The notes below the pieces were generated by a model, which was not told the origin of the DNA, did not search any database, and was given only the letters and a program-made list of their open reading frames with translations. From a virus, in the IMG/VR virus record IMGVR_UViG_3300035703_000016, positions 64,001-128,000 of that record: 64,000 bases of DNA. One strand, written 5' to 3'. The position numbers were made by a program, and so were the translations under genes. Shown here one piece after another: positions 30,103-38,859 of this stretch; the first letter of the stretch is position 1, and each line of letters starts with the position of its first letter.

Positions 30103-30113
30103 AATCAATTATT

Positions 30114-30446
30114 TTAATTAGATGATACTTCACTTACATACTGAGCGACACTGTTCATATAATCACTAGCTAATGTGATATAAGCAGATACCCATCCAGG
30201 TAACTCAGTTCCTTCTTCTATAATATTATAAATTTTTGAAGAATTAGATATTAAACTTTTGAGTTCTCCTTTTGCCATAGTGGCTTCATGATCTTGAGAA
30301 GGTTGTCCAAATACTTCTTCTGACACGTCCTGCATTTGTAAAGAAGGCAACATTGAAGTTATTCTTTTTTCATTTCCATAAGATATTTCTGGAGTTTCAT
30401 TTGAATTTGGAGTAAATTGCTCAACTAGAGACAGTAATTTTATCAT
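30114..30446 (-). CDS. hypothetical protein with MIKL-tag
   Basis: MIKLLSLVE; C-terminal DHE..MA..EL...LP.WV..IT.A.DY helical hairpin. Confidence 0.55.
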   Translation of the reverse strand: MIKLLSLVEQFTPNSNETPEISYGNEKRITSMLPSLQMQDVSEEVFGQPSQDHEATMAKGELKSLISNSSKIYNIIEEGTELPGWVSAYITLASDYMNSVAQYVSEVSSN

Positions 30447-30447
30447 T

Positions 30448-31407
30448 TTAGATCATTTTTGCATAATTAAATAACTGTGTAGGATAAATTCCAAATCTTG
30501 CATCTTTTACTCCTTGTTGATTTACAGATTTCCTATATGATACTCCTAAAATTGGTTTGTATTTATCTGGAGGAACTTCTGGATATGTCCAAACTATTTG
30601 CTTATTTGATTGAGCTTTTATCTCATATAAAGTATTGCTTACTTTTACAAGAGTCATTGCTCCAACCACAACTAATTGAACTTTATTTAATCCAAAATTC
30701 TCATCTTTACCGTAAACAGCTTTTACCATTAATTCTTCATCAGATATTTCAGATTTATAAGCAGTCTTTGGTTGCATTTGTCCTTGAGTAAGTTTATTTA
30801 CTTTTTTTATAAATTTACTTACATCCGCATAATCCAATAAAGATGCAACTCCACTATATTGCTGATACTTATCATAATCTTTGTGAGATATAAAAATTAC
30901 GTCTTCTCCTTTATCATTTTTAAGAATAAAGTCAGCCTTTGGATTAGCTGTTGGTTTCCCTCCAGAAACTATGTTTTTATAAATTTTTCCAGCTATTCTA
31001 ATATTTACACTTCCTCCAGCTTCTTTGATTTGATTTAAAAATTCTGATAATGTTCTATCTTCTATCCCCATCCCCCTAGCAATCTCTTGACCGCCAAAAT
31101 CAGAAGTTTTCTCTAATTTTCCAAGTAAATAAGATTCTCCATTTTTATCAAAAAACGGAATTTTTAATAAACTTTTATAGTCTTTATCCGTTAATTTTTG
31201 AATAAAATCTTTACTTTTTATTTTATCGACTACTATGTCATCTCCGCTAGTCAGTCTTAATGACTTATTTGAATTTATTAAACTTAGTAGAACTTCTCCT
31301 CTATCAGATAAATTTTTTACTTTTGTATCTTTTGCTAATGTCCTTGGAGTTAAATTTCCCTTTTCATTAAGCTGAATACTATTATATATTTCAATTAGCT
31401 TTATCAT
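30448..31407 (-). CDS. putative PD-(D/E)xK nuclease-fold protein with MIKL-tag
   Basis: MIKLIEIYNSIQLNE; E...PKADF...FISHKD...QQYSG pattern; motif at 31419-31427. Confidence 0.5.
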   Translation of the reverse strand: MIKLIEIYNSIQLNEKGNLTPRTLAKDTKVKNLSDRGEVLLSLINSNKSLRLTSGDDIVVDKIKSKDFIQKLTDKDYKSLLKIPFFDKNGESYLLGKLEKTSDFGGQEIARGMGIEDRTLSEFLNQIKEAGGSVNIRIAGKIYKNIVSGGKPTANPKADFILKNDKGEDVIFISHKDYDKYQQYSGVASLLDYADVSKFIKKVNKLTQGQMQPKTAYKSEISDEELMVKAVYGKDENFGLNKVQLVVVGAMTLVKVSNTLYEIKAQSNKQIVWTYPEVPPDKYKPILGVSYRKSVNQQGVKDARFGIYPTQLFNYAKMI

Positions 31408-31428
31408 TTTTATTTTTATATAAATATT

Positions 31429-32028
31429 TTATTTTAAAATAGAGTAATACTGATTAAAATGTTTTATTCTATCATTAATTCCAATTATTCCACCATTAAC
31501 TCTTTTAGTAATTTTTGTTATAGTATCTGTAGTAGATCCTTCATCAGCAATCTTATGAAGTCCATTTATTGTAAAAAACCACGCAGCGGATGCAAGAGGG
31601 TACTTAGTAGAAACCAGATCTGGATTGGACACACAGTCTTCATTGATGGATTCAGAAAATGCTCTATAATTGTTTTTACCTGTTAATTGGATAAAGCCCC
31701 TTCCTCTATATTTATATCCGTCTCCAGAATTTTCAGGACCATTTCCCATTCTACCTCCATAAACCAAATTTGCTATTTTTTCTGGTTTTCTTTCATACTG
31801 AATTGCCTTTTCTACTGTAGGAAAATATTTTTTAAAAGTCGTAAGTAGTCCTTTTGTATTATAGTTCAGATTTTCATTTAAAGATTTAAATCCTCCAGAT
31901 TCATGACCAGCTTGGGCTAAAAAATGAGAGAGTCTTAAAGGAGTATTTATCTCGAATTTTTCAATCACGTTTGGAAGCATTTTAATTACAGAGTCTGGAA
32001 TATGACCTTTTAATTTCTCTAAGTTCAT
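31429..32028 (-). CDS. glycoside hydrolase family 19 endolysin
   Basis: HFLAQ..HESGG, ENLNY, DGYKYRGRGFIQLTGKNNY, SAAWFF and TKRVNGG motifs. Confidence 0.92.
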   Translation of the reverse strand: MNLEKLKGHIPDSVIKMLPNVIEKFEINTPLRLSHFLAQAGHESGGFKSLNENLNYNTKGLLTTFKKYFPTVEKAIQYERKPEKIANLVYGGRMGNGPENSGDGYKYRGRGFIQLTGKNNYRAFSESINEDCVSNPDLVSTKYPLASAAWFFTINGLHKIADEGSTTDTITKITKRVNGGIIGINDRIKHFNQYYSILK

Positions 32029-32492
32029 GATTTTACTAATTTTGTTTTATCAGAAAAAATAACTTTTCTTACAGCAGTTACTTTCTTAACTTTTTCTTTT
32101 ATAGATTGAATAACACCATCGTTAAAAGTTTCAAATGGAGCTGGATCTATTTTTATACTAATGTCAACAACATACTTTTTTAATTTTTCAGCAGAAGGTT
32201 GTCTATTGTTTGTTACTCTAACTACAGTAATTCCAGCTATTGCTCTAATATCAGAAAGAATATCAGCTAAAGATCTCCTTGTAGTATCTGCTATAAGTTG
32301 CCCTTCAATTTGATATATTTTTGGATTGTTAGTCTCTTTTATTGAATTTATTTCTTTAGCAGATTTTACAGCTTTTTTATAGGCATCACTTCCTTTTCTT
32401 GCAGGTTTTTCTCCTCTTTCTCTTTTAGCTTGGATATTTGCCCAAAGACCTTTTCTTTTTATTTCTTGAAGTATGCTAATTAGCGATATCAT
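32025..32492 (-). CDS. hypothetical protein with MISL..ILQE tag
   Basis: MISLISILQE followed by a basic GLWANIQAKRERG module and a ferredoxin-like C-terminal region. Confidence 0.55.
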   Translation of the reverse strand: MISLISILQEIKRKGLWANIQAKRERGEKPARKGSDAYKKAVKSAKEINSIKETNNPKIYQIEGQLIADTTRRSLADILSDIRAIAGITVVRVTNNRQPSAEKLKKYVVDISIKIDPAPFETFNDGVIQSIKEKVKKVTAVRKVIFSDKTKLVKS

Positions 32493-32746
32493 TTTTTTAT
32501 TATTTTTACTTTTATAGAATCAGATCCTTTTATAAGTCTATGCCATACTCCTTTAGGAATAAATATAGCTTTATTCATGTCTTCTGGAAGTTTATTCTCT
32601 ATTTGAAATTTCCAATCTGTAGAATGCATAGACTCTATTAATCTATCTTCTCTATCTCTATGCCATTTTAATTCTTCTGGATCTACATTTTGATCAAATT
32701 CTCTTATAATATAATTAGAGTAGTTAATTTCTTTATATGGAATCAT
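32489..32746 (-). CDS. cupin-fold protein
   Basis: WHRD.EDR and IFIPKGVWHRLIKG cupin motifs. Confidence 0.7.
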   Translation of the reverse strand: MIPYKEINYSNYIIREFDQNVDPEELKWHRDREDRLIESMHSTDWKFQIENKLPEDMNKAIFIPKGVWHRLIKGSDSIKVKIIKK

Positions 32747-32755
32747 TTTTTATTT

Positions 32756-33343
32756 TTACCAATATCCTGAAAAATTTGATTTTAATCCAAGTAAACTCGC
32801 AAATCTAGGTAATCGGCACGCCCAATACCCAGCTTTAGTTTTATCTTTTTTCTGAGAACATTTATGTCTTGCAGCAAAACTTTTTCTTGCTTTTGGATCA
32901 TTTATTTTTGCTTTTAGACCAGTAGTATCTCCAAAACTTACTTTTTTGATTCCTCCAGTTTTTGGATTTCTAACGAATACATAAAATTTCTTAGAACCTC
33001 CTCTTTTAGGCTTATTTAATTCAGGAGTTTTTTTCTTTTTGACTTCTAATAAAAACTCTGTTGTCATTGGATAGTCAAGAGGAACTGTTATGCCCTTGTA
33101 TACTCCAGTTAGTCCTAAATCAGTTTCTTTTAAATACCAAATATCTTTATCGCTAAGAGTTAAAAGCTCCCTATTTAGCAACTGACGCGCTTCTATGAAA
33201 AGAGCTATAAAATTTATAGATTGAGGTCTATATATATTTTCATTCAAGTCTATGCAGTTCTCCAAATGATAAGAAAGCCCCTCTGAGATGAGGAGCTTAT
33301 TAACAGACTCATGTAGTGATATTTTAGATCTTGTACAACACAT
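32756..33343 (-). CDS. phage hypothetical protein with basic C-terminal domain
   Basis: KKFYVFVRNP...KKVSFGD...ARKSFAARHKC...AGYWAC. Confidence 0.6.
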   Translation of the reverse strand: MCCTRSKISLHESVNKLLISEGLSYHLENCIDLNENIYRPQSINFIALFIEARQLLNRELLTLSDKDIWYLKETDLGLTGVYKGITVPLDYPMTTEFLLEVKKKKTPELNKPKRGGSKKFYVFVRNPKTGGIKKVSFGDTTGLKAKINDPKARKSFAARHKCSQKKDKTKAGYWACRLPRFASLLGLKSNFSGYW

Positions 33344-33344
33344 T

Positions 33345-33719
33345 CTATTTTAAATATTCTAATTTATACAATGTAGTTTGAATCAATGTTACTATTTCAT
33401 CTATTTGATTTTGTAAATAAGACTCTTGAGATATCTTTGCTCTTATTAACTCAACATATCGATTTAGGGCTTTGAAATATATTATAGCGTTACTGTCTTC
33501 TCTAAATTGAGAATGAAAGCTATATCCTGTAATTATTCCAAATTTTCCTTGATATGATTCTACAAATGCGTCAACTAGAGGTATAATTTCCTCATAATAA
33601 GCGCCTAATGCTAAATGTTTTGCATTTGAATCTTCTCCTATAGATTGCCAATGGTATATTTGAGCTTGATTTCTAGAAGACAGCAGAATTGATATAAATT
33701 TTGCTATTAATTGATTCAT
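33345..33719 (-). CDS. ferritin/Dps-like four-helix bundle protein
   Basis: HWQ...H.ALG.YY..I..LVD.FVESYQG and LQNQIDEI motifs. Confidence 0.7.
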   Translation of the reverse strand: MNQLIAKFISILLSSRNQAQIYHWQSIGEDSNAKHLALGAYYEEIIPLVDAFVESYQGKFGIITGYSFHSQFREDSNAIIYFKALNRYVELIRAKISQESYLQNQIDEIVTLIQTTLYKLEYLK

Positions 33720-33720
33720 T

Positions 33721-34146
33721 CTATTTATTTTTTGATAATAGACATTTAATTATATTTTCAGATAAAATATCTTCACTATCTTTTTTTATTTTTGAATAGT
33801 CGTCAACTCCAGTTACAACTTTTCTAAATAAAGGCTTTTTATTTACAGCGTCTAAAACAATTATTTCACATCCATCTTTAACTTTCATCCATAATTTACC
33901 TTTATAAGAAGTATCAACGTCTTTTACAATGATCATATTTGTTTTGATCCCACCTTTTGCTTTAATAGCTTCAATCATCGTGGCATCAAAGTTTTTAGAT
34001 AATTGAAATTCGTCTGATCTATTTTGTCTAATAGCGTAGTGAATTGTGCCTTTCGGATCTTTTGCATTTTTAAATTCCAAAAATTTAATTTTGCCTTCTT
34101 TTGTGTCTACCCAAGACATTGGTATTTTAGTAGCATATACATTCAT
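33721..34146 (-). CDS. hypothetical protein
   Basis: ORF track; tight packing with neighbours. Confidence 0.55.
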   Translation of the reverse strand: MNVYATKIPMSWVDTKEGKIKFLEFKNAKDPKGTIHYAIRQNRSDEFQLSKNFDATMIEAIKAKGGIKTNMIIVKDVDTSYKGKLWMKVKDGCEIIVLDAVNKKPLFRKVVTGVDDYSKIKKDSEDILSENIIKCLLSKNK

Positions 34147-34147
34147 A

Positions 34148-35152
34148 CTATTTCATTTTATCTAAAATAGATTTTATACTATATAGTGCGTCGCTTATCT
34201 CATATCCATACATCTTTGCTACACTACTAACAAAAGATTTTACTTTTTTTACCAATTCTGGATTTATTCCTGATATTGTCTGATTAACGTCTTCACTTAC
34301 TTTTTGTTTTATTGTATAGTAGTAATATAGCCCTCTATCGTCTGATTCATCCTCATGCTCATATACTTCATATTTAGTTTCTAATTTTTCTATCTGTTTA
34401 GAACTCAATGGCTCGCCTCTTCCATATGTTAAAACTGAACTGTTTTTTCCTTGTCTGATATTAATATCTAATCCAGGTAAAGTTGATTTAATATCAGATT
34501 CTATATTTTCTTTAAGAGTCTCTTTATCTTCTTTTGATTCAATCTCTTTTTTACTATTCTCTACTCTTGAAAGTTTATCCATTAAATCTTCTATTTTTGA
34601 AGATATCTCAGAAACGTGTTTTTTATGTTCAGCCGCAGTTTTAGGATCTGATTTTGCCATATCCATATGCTCTTTTCTTTTCTTTTCAAGCTTTGATATA
34701 GCTGTTGTTAGTTTACTCGCCACTGTACCTTTTTTCTCTTCTAGTTTTTTCATAGAACCAATATGCTCATTATATAGTTTTTCAGCTATTTTTTGAGCTT
34801 CTTCTGGAGTAGGGTAAACTCCATGAATATTTTTACTATCAATGTTATGTTGTTGAATTCCAGTAATTGGATCTAATTCATATACCATACTAGACACATC
34901 ACATCCTTCATATGGTTTTTGGACCATGTGAAACGATCCTACTTTATTTTCATAATCCATATCTTCTTTTATAGATTTTTTTACTTTTTTTGGAAGTGTC
35001 TTTTTCTTTGTTGAAGCAAAGTCAGTAACAGATTTTTTTGACATATTTTTAGCTAGTTTTTTTATTTTTTCAGAAGGGGCTTTAGTTTTTCCAGATTGTA
35101 CGGCATGAACTATTCCCATTAGTGCTTGTTGAGATTTTGATTGAGACGGCAT
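34148..35152 (-). CDS. multi-module hypothetical protein with DUF3008-like N-terminus
   Basis: MPSQSKSQQ..MG...A...G N-terminus; modules separated by IKE/LKE/VSE; motif at 35157-35165. Confidence 0.55.
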   Translation of the reverse strand: MPSQSKSQQALMGIVHAVQSGKTKAPSEKIKKLAKNMSKKSVTDFASTKKKTLPKKVKKSIKEDMDYENKVGSFHMVQKPYEGCDVSSMVYELDPITGIQQHNIDSKNIHGVYPTPEEAQKIAEKLYNEHIGSMKKLEEKKGTVASKLTTAISKLEKKRKEHMDMAKSDPKTAAEHKKHVSEISSKIEDLMDKLSRVENSKKEIESKEDKETLKENIESDIKSTLPGLDINIRQGKNSSVLTYGRGEPLSSKQIEKLETKYEVYEHEDESDDRGLYYYYTIKQKVSEDVNQTISGINPELVKKVKSFVSSVAKMYGYEISDALYSIKSILDKMK

Positions 35153-35165
35153 TTGCTATAAATAT

Positions 35166-35741
35166 CTAAATTTCTAATGCTTTTATTTTTTCTAAATTTT
35201 GTTTTATTTGATTATATACTTGAGATTTATTTCCACCTTTCCAACTTTCGACTTCTCCATTTTCAGAAACAAATGATTCATCTTCCATATTAAACCAATA
35301 ATCAATTGCTTTTTCTACATCTTCAAGAGAGGCGTTCTTATTTTGATTTAATAAACCTTTCTCATATGCCTCCCACTTGCCTAATTGCTTTATTCTAGAT
35401 TCCATTTCTATTACACAATCAAGACACATCTTATGAATAGAGTACATTTTTTTATTTACTTCATGGGGTTTCATCGGATTTTTACAGTTTGGACAACATA
35501 AAGGAAAGCTAATTATTTTTTTTATTTCGTCTAATTTTGTAATTGTCTGTTTTATTCCATTTTTTATTGTCCATGTTTTTCCTCTTTCTTCCCAAATGTC
35601 ACCTTCTTTATAATACTGTTGCTCTTTATCATAACCAGACTGGATCTGTGTTCTTTCTCCAGAATTTCCAGATATAATATTTCTTAATCTAGACACATCT
35701 CTTTTTGAGAATTCTTTCTTTAAATTTGTCTCTTTTGACAT
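35166..35741 (-). CDS. hypothetical protein with Zn ribbon
   Basis: EGD.WEE.GKTWTIKNGIKQ; CPNC...CLDC. Confidence 0.6.
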   Translation of the reverse strand: MSKETNLKKEFSKRDVSRLRNIISGNSGERTQIQSGYDKEQQYYKEGDIWEERGKTWTIKNGIKQTITKLDEIKKIISFPLCCPNCKNPMKPHEVNKKMYSIHKMCLDCVIEMESRIKQLGKWEAYEKGLLNQNKNASLEDVEKAIDYWFNMEDESFVSENGEVESWKGGNKSQVYNQIKQNLEKIKALEI

Positions 35742-35754
35742 TTATCGTAACTTT

Positions 35755-36117
35755 TTATTCGTATATATTTTGATGTAATTCTCCAAATTTTCTCATTATT
35801 ATTCCAGCAATTTCATTTGCTTGATTTTCTATTTCTGAACCAGTTTGACCTGAATCTGGTTTTAATAAACCTAATTCATTTTGTTTATGATGAGTCATTT
35901 CATGAGCTAGAGTTCTCATACAATCTACTATATGTCTATCTCCAATATAAATCACTATAGAACATAATTCACTATTATATTGACCAAAAGATTTATTTTG
36001 TTGAGACCATTTATTGTCTTTTATAAATTGTATTTTTGGTAATTTTTGTATTCCAATTACAGATTTACAAAATTTTATAAATTCAAGAAGTGTTTTCGCT
36101 TTATTTTGTATGTCCAT
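35755..36117 (-). CDS. zincin-like metallopeptidase
   Basis: RTLAHEMTHHKQ (HExxH) with downstream E.EAN-like motif (ENQANE). Confidence 0.7.
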   Translation of the reverse strand: MDIQNKAKTLLEFIKFCKSVIGIQKLPKIQFIKDNKWSQQNKSFGQYNSELCSIVIYIGDRHIVDCMRTLAHEMTHHKQNELGLLKPDSGQTGSEIENQANEIAGIIMRKFGELHQNIYE

Positions 36118-36119
36118 TT

Positions 36120-38567
36120 CTATCTTTTTATAGCTCTATTTGCAGCAGTAAATCCTGCTCTATTTACTAATTTAATAGTACCTTTTGAATTAGAAATTAC
36201 ATAACCTTCTCCTCCTTTTATATCTCCAATATTAGCTTTTATGTCTGATTGTTGTGAATCTAATTGTTCTACTATTTGATTTTTTACATCCATTATTTTA
36301 GAGACTATATCAAATATTTTTAAAATTGATTCTCTATTCTGTTCTATATATTTCTCTAAATTTATTTTTTTAGATGAAGATATTGATTCTTTTTTTACAT
36401 AGTCTAAAAAATCTTTACCTAAATTTTTACTGTCTCCAGCTTTTGAATTATTGTATTTATACATTAAGTCTGGGAGATCCGATATTTTTTTAGATGATAA
36501 AATTGATTTATTTAGTGTTGAATCTATGTTGGATGCTTTTGATTTGATGTCTGACATTGCTGATTTAATAGCTCCTGTATTTATTTTTGGAGGAGTAGTA
36601 ACAGAAATAGGAGGTACTACTAATAAACCAAATTTGTCTGAAAATTCGTATTGATCTATATCTTTTATAGAAGATTCATTTCCTGAAAAATCCATAAATC
36701 TATGAATAACAACTCCAGTTTTACTTTTTTCAATTTGTTTACCAAGTTCGCTATTTTTAGAAATTGAGTAAGTTGTTATATTTGGCTTAAATACAAAATT
36801 TCCATCTACTACTTCAGGAGTCGTTTGATATAATAAATCCCCCTTAAAATATCCCTTTACAGATTTAGGAACTGATTTTTCAAAAATACTAAAAATAGAT
36901 CCCATACTTTTTGCAAATTTAGCATATGAACCATTCTTATCTTCTTTTCCTTTTAATCTACCTAAAAACATTTTTTCTAAATCTTCTCCTGATTTAGCTT
37001 TTCCATCGTATCCTTTTGCAGAAAATCCACCTTTATCAGTTAATATAAATTCACCATTTTCATTTCTTCCAAATATTATAGCTGGAGATCCATCCCACTT
37101 TATTGTTAAGTCTTTTGTATCTTTTCCTAATCCAGCTAAAATAGATAAAGCGTTTAATGCTCCTTTTGATCCTTCCCAAAATATTAAATCTTCTGGATGC
37201 TGAATTCTAGATTCTGCTGCTTCAGTCAAAATATTTTCATTTATCGTTTTAGGTAGATCTAAATTCTCTTTTGAAAAATCCTCTCTAGCTTGAGTAACTA
37301 ATTTTTCATAATCTGATCTGTTTTTTATTGCATTTATAACTGTTTCAACTGTAGCTATGTCATCTCTGGTTTTTCCTTTTCCTAGAAGTAATTCAGCTAT
37401 TTTATTTGGTTCTTTAGATATAACTTCTCCGCTTTCTCTATTTATTAATCCATTTTTATAAGACCATTTCATTCCCTGAGCTTTAGCTATACTAGCTAAT
37501 AAAAGATGCCTATGCACGCCTTTAAACTTAGAAAATTCTGATCCTCCAGCCATAGAAAATTTCATCCATTCTGGATCTCCAAACATAAAGTCTGTTTGAA
37601 CAAATCCATTTGATTCATCTCCTTTTATTGGAGTTTTAAAATGAACACTATCTCCAGACTTTGATATATAAGACTTGTCATATCCAGATTTTTCTAAAAT
37701 TTTTATTAAAGATTCTTTACTATATTTTTTTACATCTACAGCGAGATCTAAATCACCGCTTGTATCTTTTTTTCCAGTAGTACCAAGCATATTATCTTCT
37801 AAAGAAAGACCTGTGATTTTTTCCAACCATTTTACTGTAGGAATCACGTCTGCTCTATTTATTCTTTGAGTACCAGAATCTCCGTTACTTGATTTAAATA
37901 CGTTTCCTCCTTCAAAAATTAAAGTTTTTAATAATGTTTCAAAAAATAATCTATTTTCTTTTAAAACTTTTGGAGGATTTGTAAATTTACTCTTCAGCAT
38001 TTTTGCTATTTTTGGATCATACCAACCAAAGATAGACATAAAAAGTTTTTTATATTCTTCTTCTGATACATCAGCAGTAAGAGCTTTTCTTACATTAGTT
38101 CCACTCATTTCTCCTATGCCTGGAATATCTAAACTTATATGAGGTGCTACAATAAGATACCCATGTCTATCAAATCCTTCTAGATTTTTCTCATTACCTT
38201 TATAAGGTTTGAAATAAGGATCTGATCCGTCTTTTTTCTGTTTTAATGAGAATCTTGGATTTTCAGTCATGTCCTTTTCTCCAACCATAAAAACTAATGC
38301 AGTATCTTCAGGATTATATTTCTGAGTAATTTCAACTGCTTTATATGTATCTTTTACTTGAACTAGATTAGGACCATATCCAAATTTATCTATTATCATC
38401 CTCTTCTCTTCAAAATTAAGAGGACTTTTTTCACCATCTACTTTGTTAGTAGTAGCTATAAATGTATTATTTCCAAATTTAGATTTCAACCATTCAAATG
38501 ATAAAATATGATGACGAGACGGTGGTTGGAAACGTCCTGGATATATTGCGATGATATTTTTTGTCAT
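36120..38567 (-). CDS. three-domain protein: HIGH-superfamily nucleotidyltransferase + Pol-beta-like nucleotidyltransferase + KxDG ligase-like domain
   Basis: YPGRFQPPSRHH ... MSGTNVR; LGTTGKKDTSGDLDLAVD ... VQTDFM; HPED ... KWDGSPA ... GEGYV ... KLVNR. Confidence 0.65.
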   Translation of the reverse strand: MTKNIIAIYPGRFQPPSRHHILSFEWLKSKFGNNTFIATTNKVDGEKSPLNFEEKRMIIDKFGYGPNLVQVKDTYKAVEITQKYNPEDTALVFMVGEKDMTENPRFSLKQKKDGSDPYFKPYKGNEKNLEGFDRHGYLIVAPHISLDIPGIGEMSGTNVRKALTADVSEEEYKKLFMSIFGWYDPKIAKMLKSKFTNPPKVLKENRLFFETLLKTLIFEGGNVFKSSNGDSGTQRINRADVIPTVKWLEKITGLSLEDNMLGTTGKKDTSGDLDLAVDVKKYSKESLIKILEKSGYDKSYISKSGDSVHFKTPIKGDESNGFVQTDFMFGDPEWMKFSMAGGSEFSKFKGVHRHLLLASIAKAQGMKWSYKNGLINRESGEVISKEPNKIAELLLGKGKTRDDIATVETVINAIKNRSDYEKLVTQAREDFSKENLDLPKTINENILTEAAESRIQHPEDLIFWEGSKGALNALSILAGLGKDTKDLTIKWDGSPAIIFGRNENGEFILTDKGGFSAKGYDGKAKSGEDLEKMFLGRLKGKEDKNGSYAKFAKSMGSIFSIFEKSVPKSVKGYFKGDLLYQTTPEVVDGNFVFKPNITTYSISKNSELGKQIEKSKTGVVIHRFMDFSGNESSIKDIDQYEFSDKFGLLVVPPISVTTPPKINTGAIKSAMSDIKSKASNIDSTLNKSILSSKKISDLPDLMYKYNNSKAGDSKNLGKDFLDYVKKESISSSKKINLEKYIEQNRESILKIFDIVSKIMDVKNQIVEQLDSQQSDIKANIGDIKGGEGYVISNSKGTIKLVNRAGFTAANRAIKR

Positions 38568-38578
38568 TACTCTTTTGT

Positions 38579-38587
38579 TATAAATAT
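38579..38587 (-). promoter_or_regulatory. ATATTTATA late-promoter-like motif
   Basis: 11 nt upstream of the ATG at 38567. Confidence 0.55.
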
Positions 38588-38590
38588 TTA

Positions 38591-38741
38591 TTATTTTTTA
38601 TTAAGTATTTTAACTATTTTTTCTTATTTTAGTCATCTTAAAATAATCTTATAGCTAACTTTATGCTTAATTGAGCCTTCTTTTATTGACTCGAGTATTT
38701 CTACTGTTTCTATTATTTGTATAGATTTTTTGATAATTCAT
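38591..38741 (-). pseudogene. decayed homing endonuclease remnant
   Basis: MNYQKIY start, then after a frameshift IIETVEILESIKEGSIKHKVSYKIILR*LK* (NUMOD1-like) with stop codons. Confidence 0.4.
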
Positions 38742-38859
38742 AAAATTAAAAAAAGTATCAAAGAAGTAAACAATGTCACTACCATTGAATACTCAATGAG
38801 TCAATAATTTCATATTACAGTCAGTTAGTAGTGATAATTTCTTGTCTGTAATAAATATC

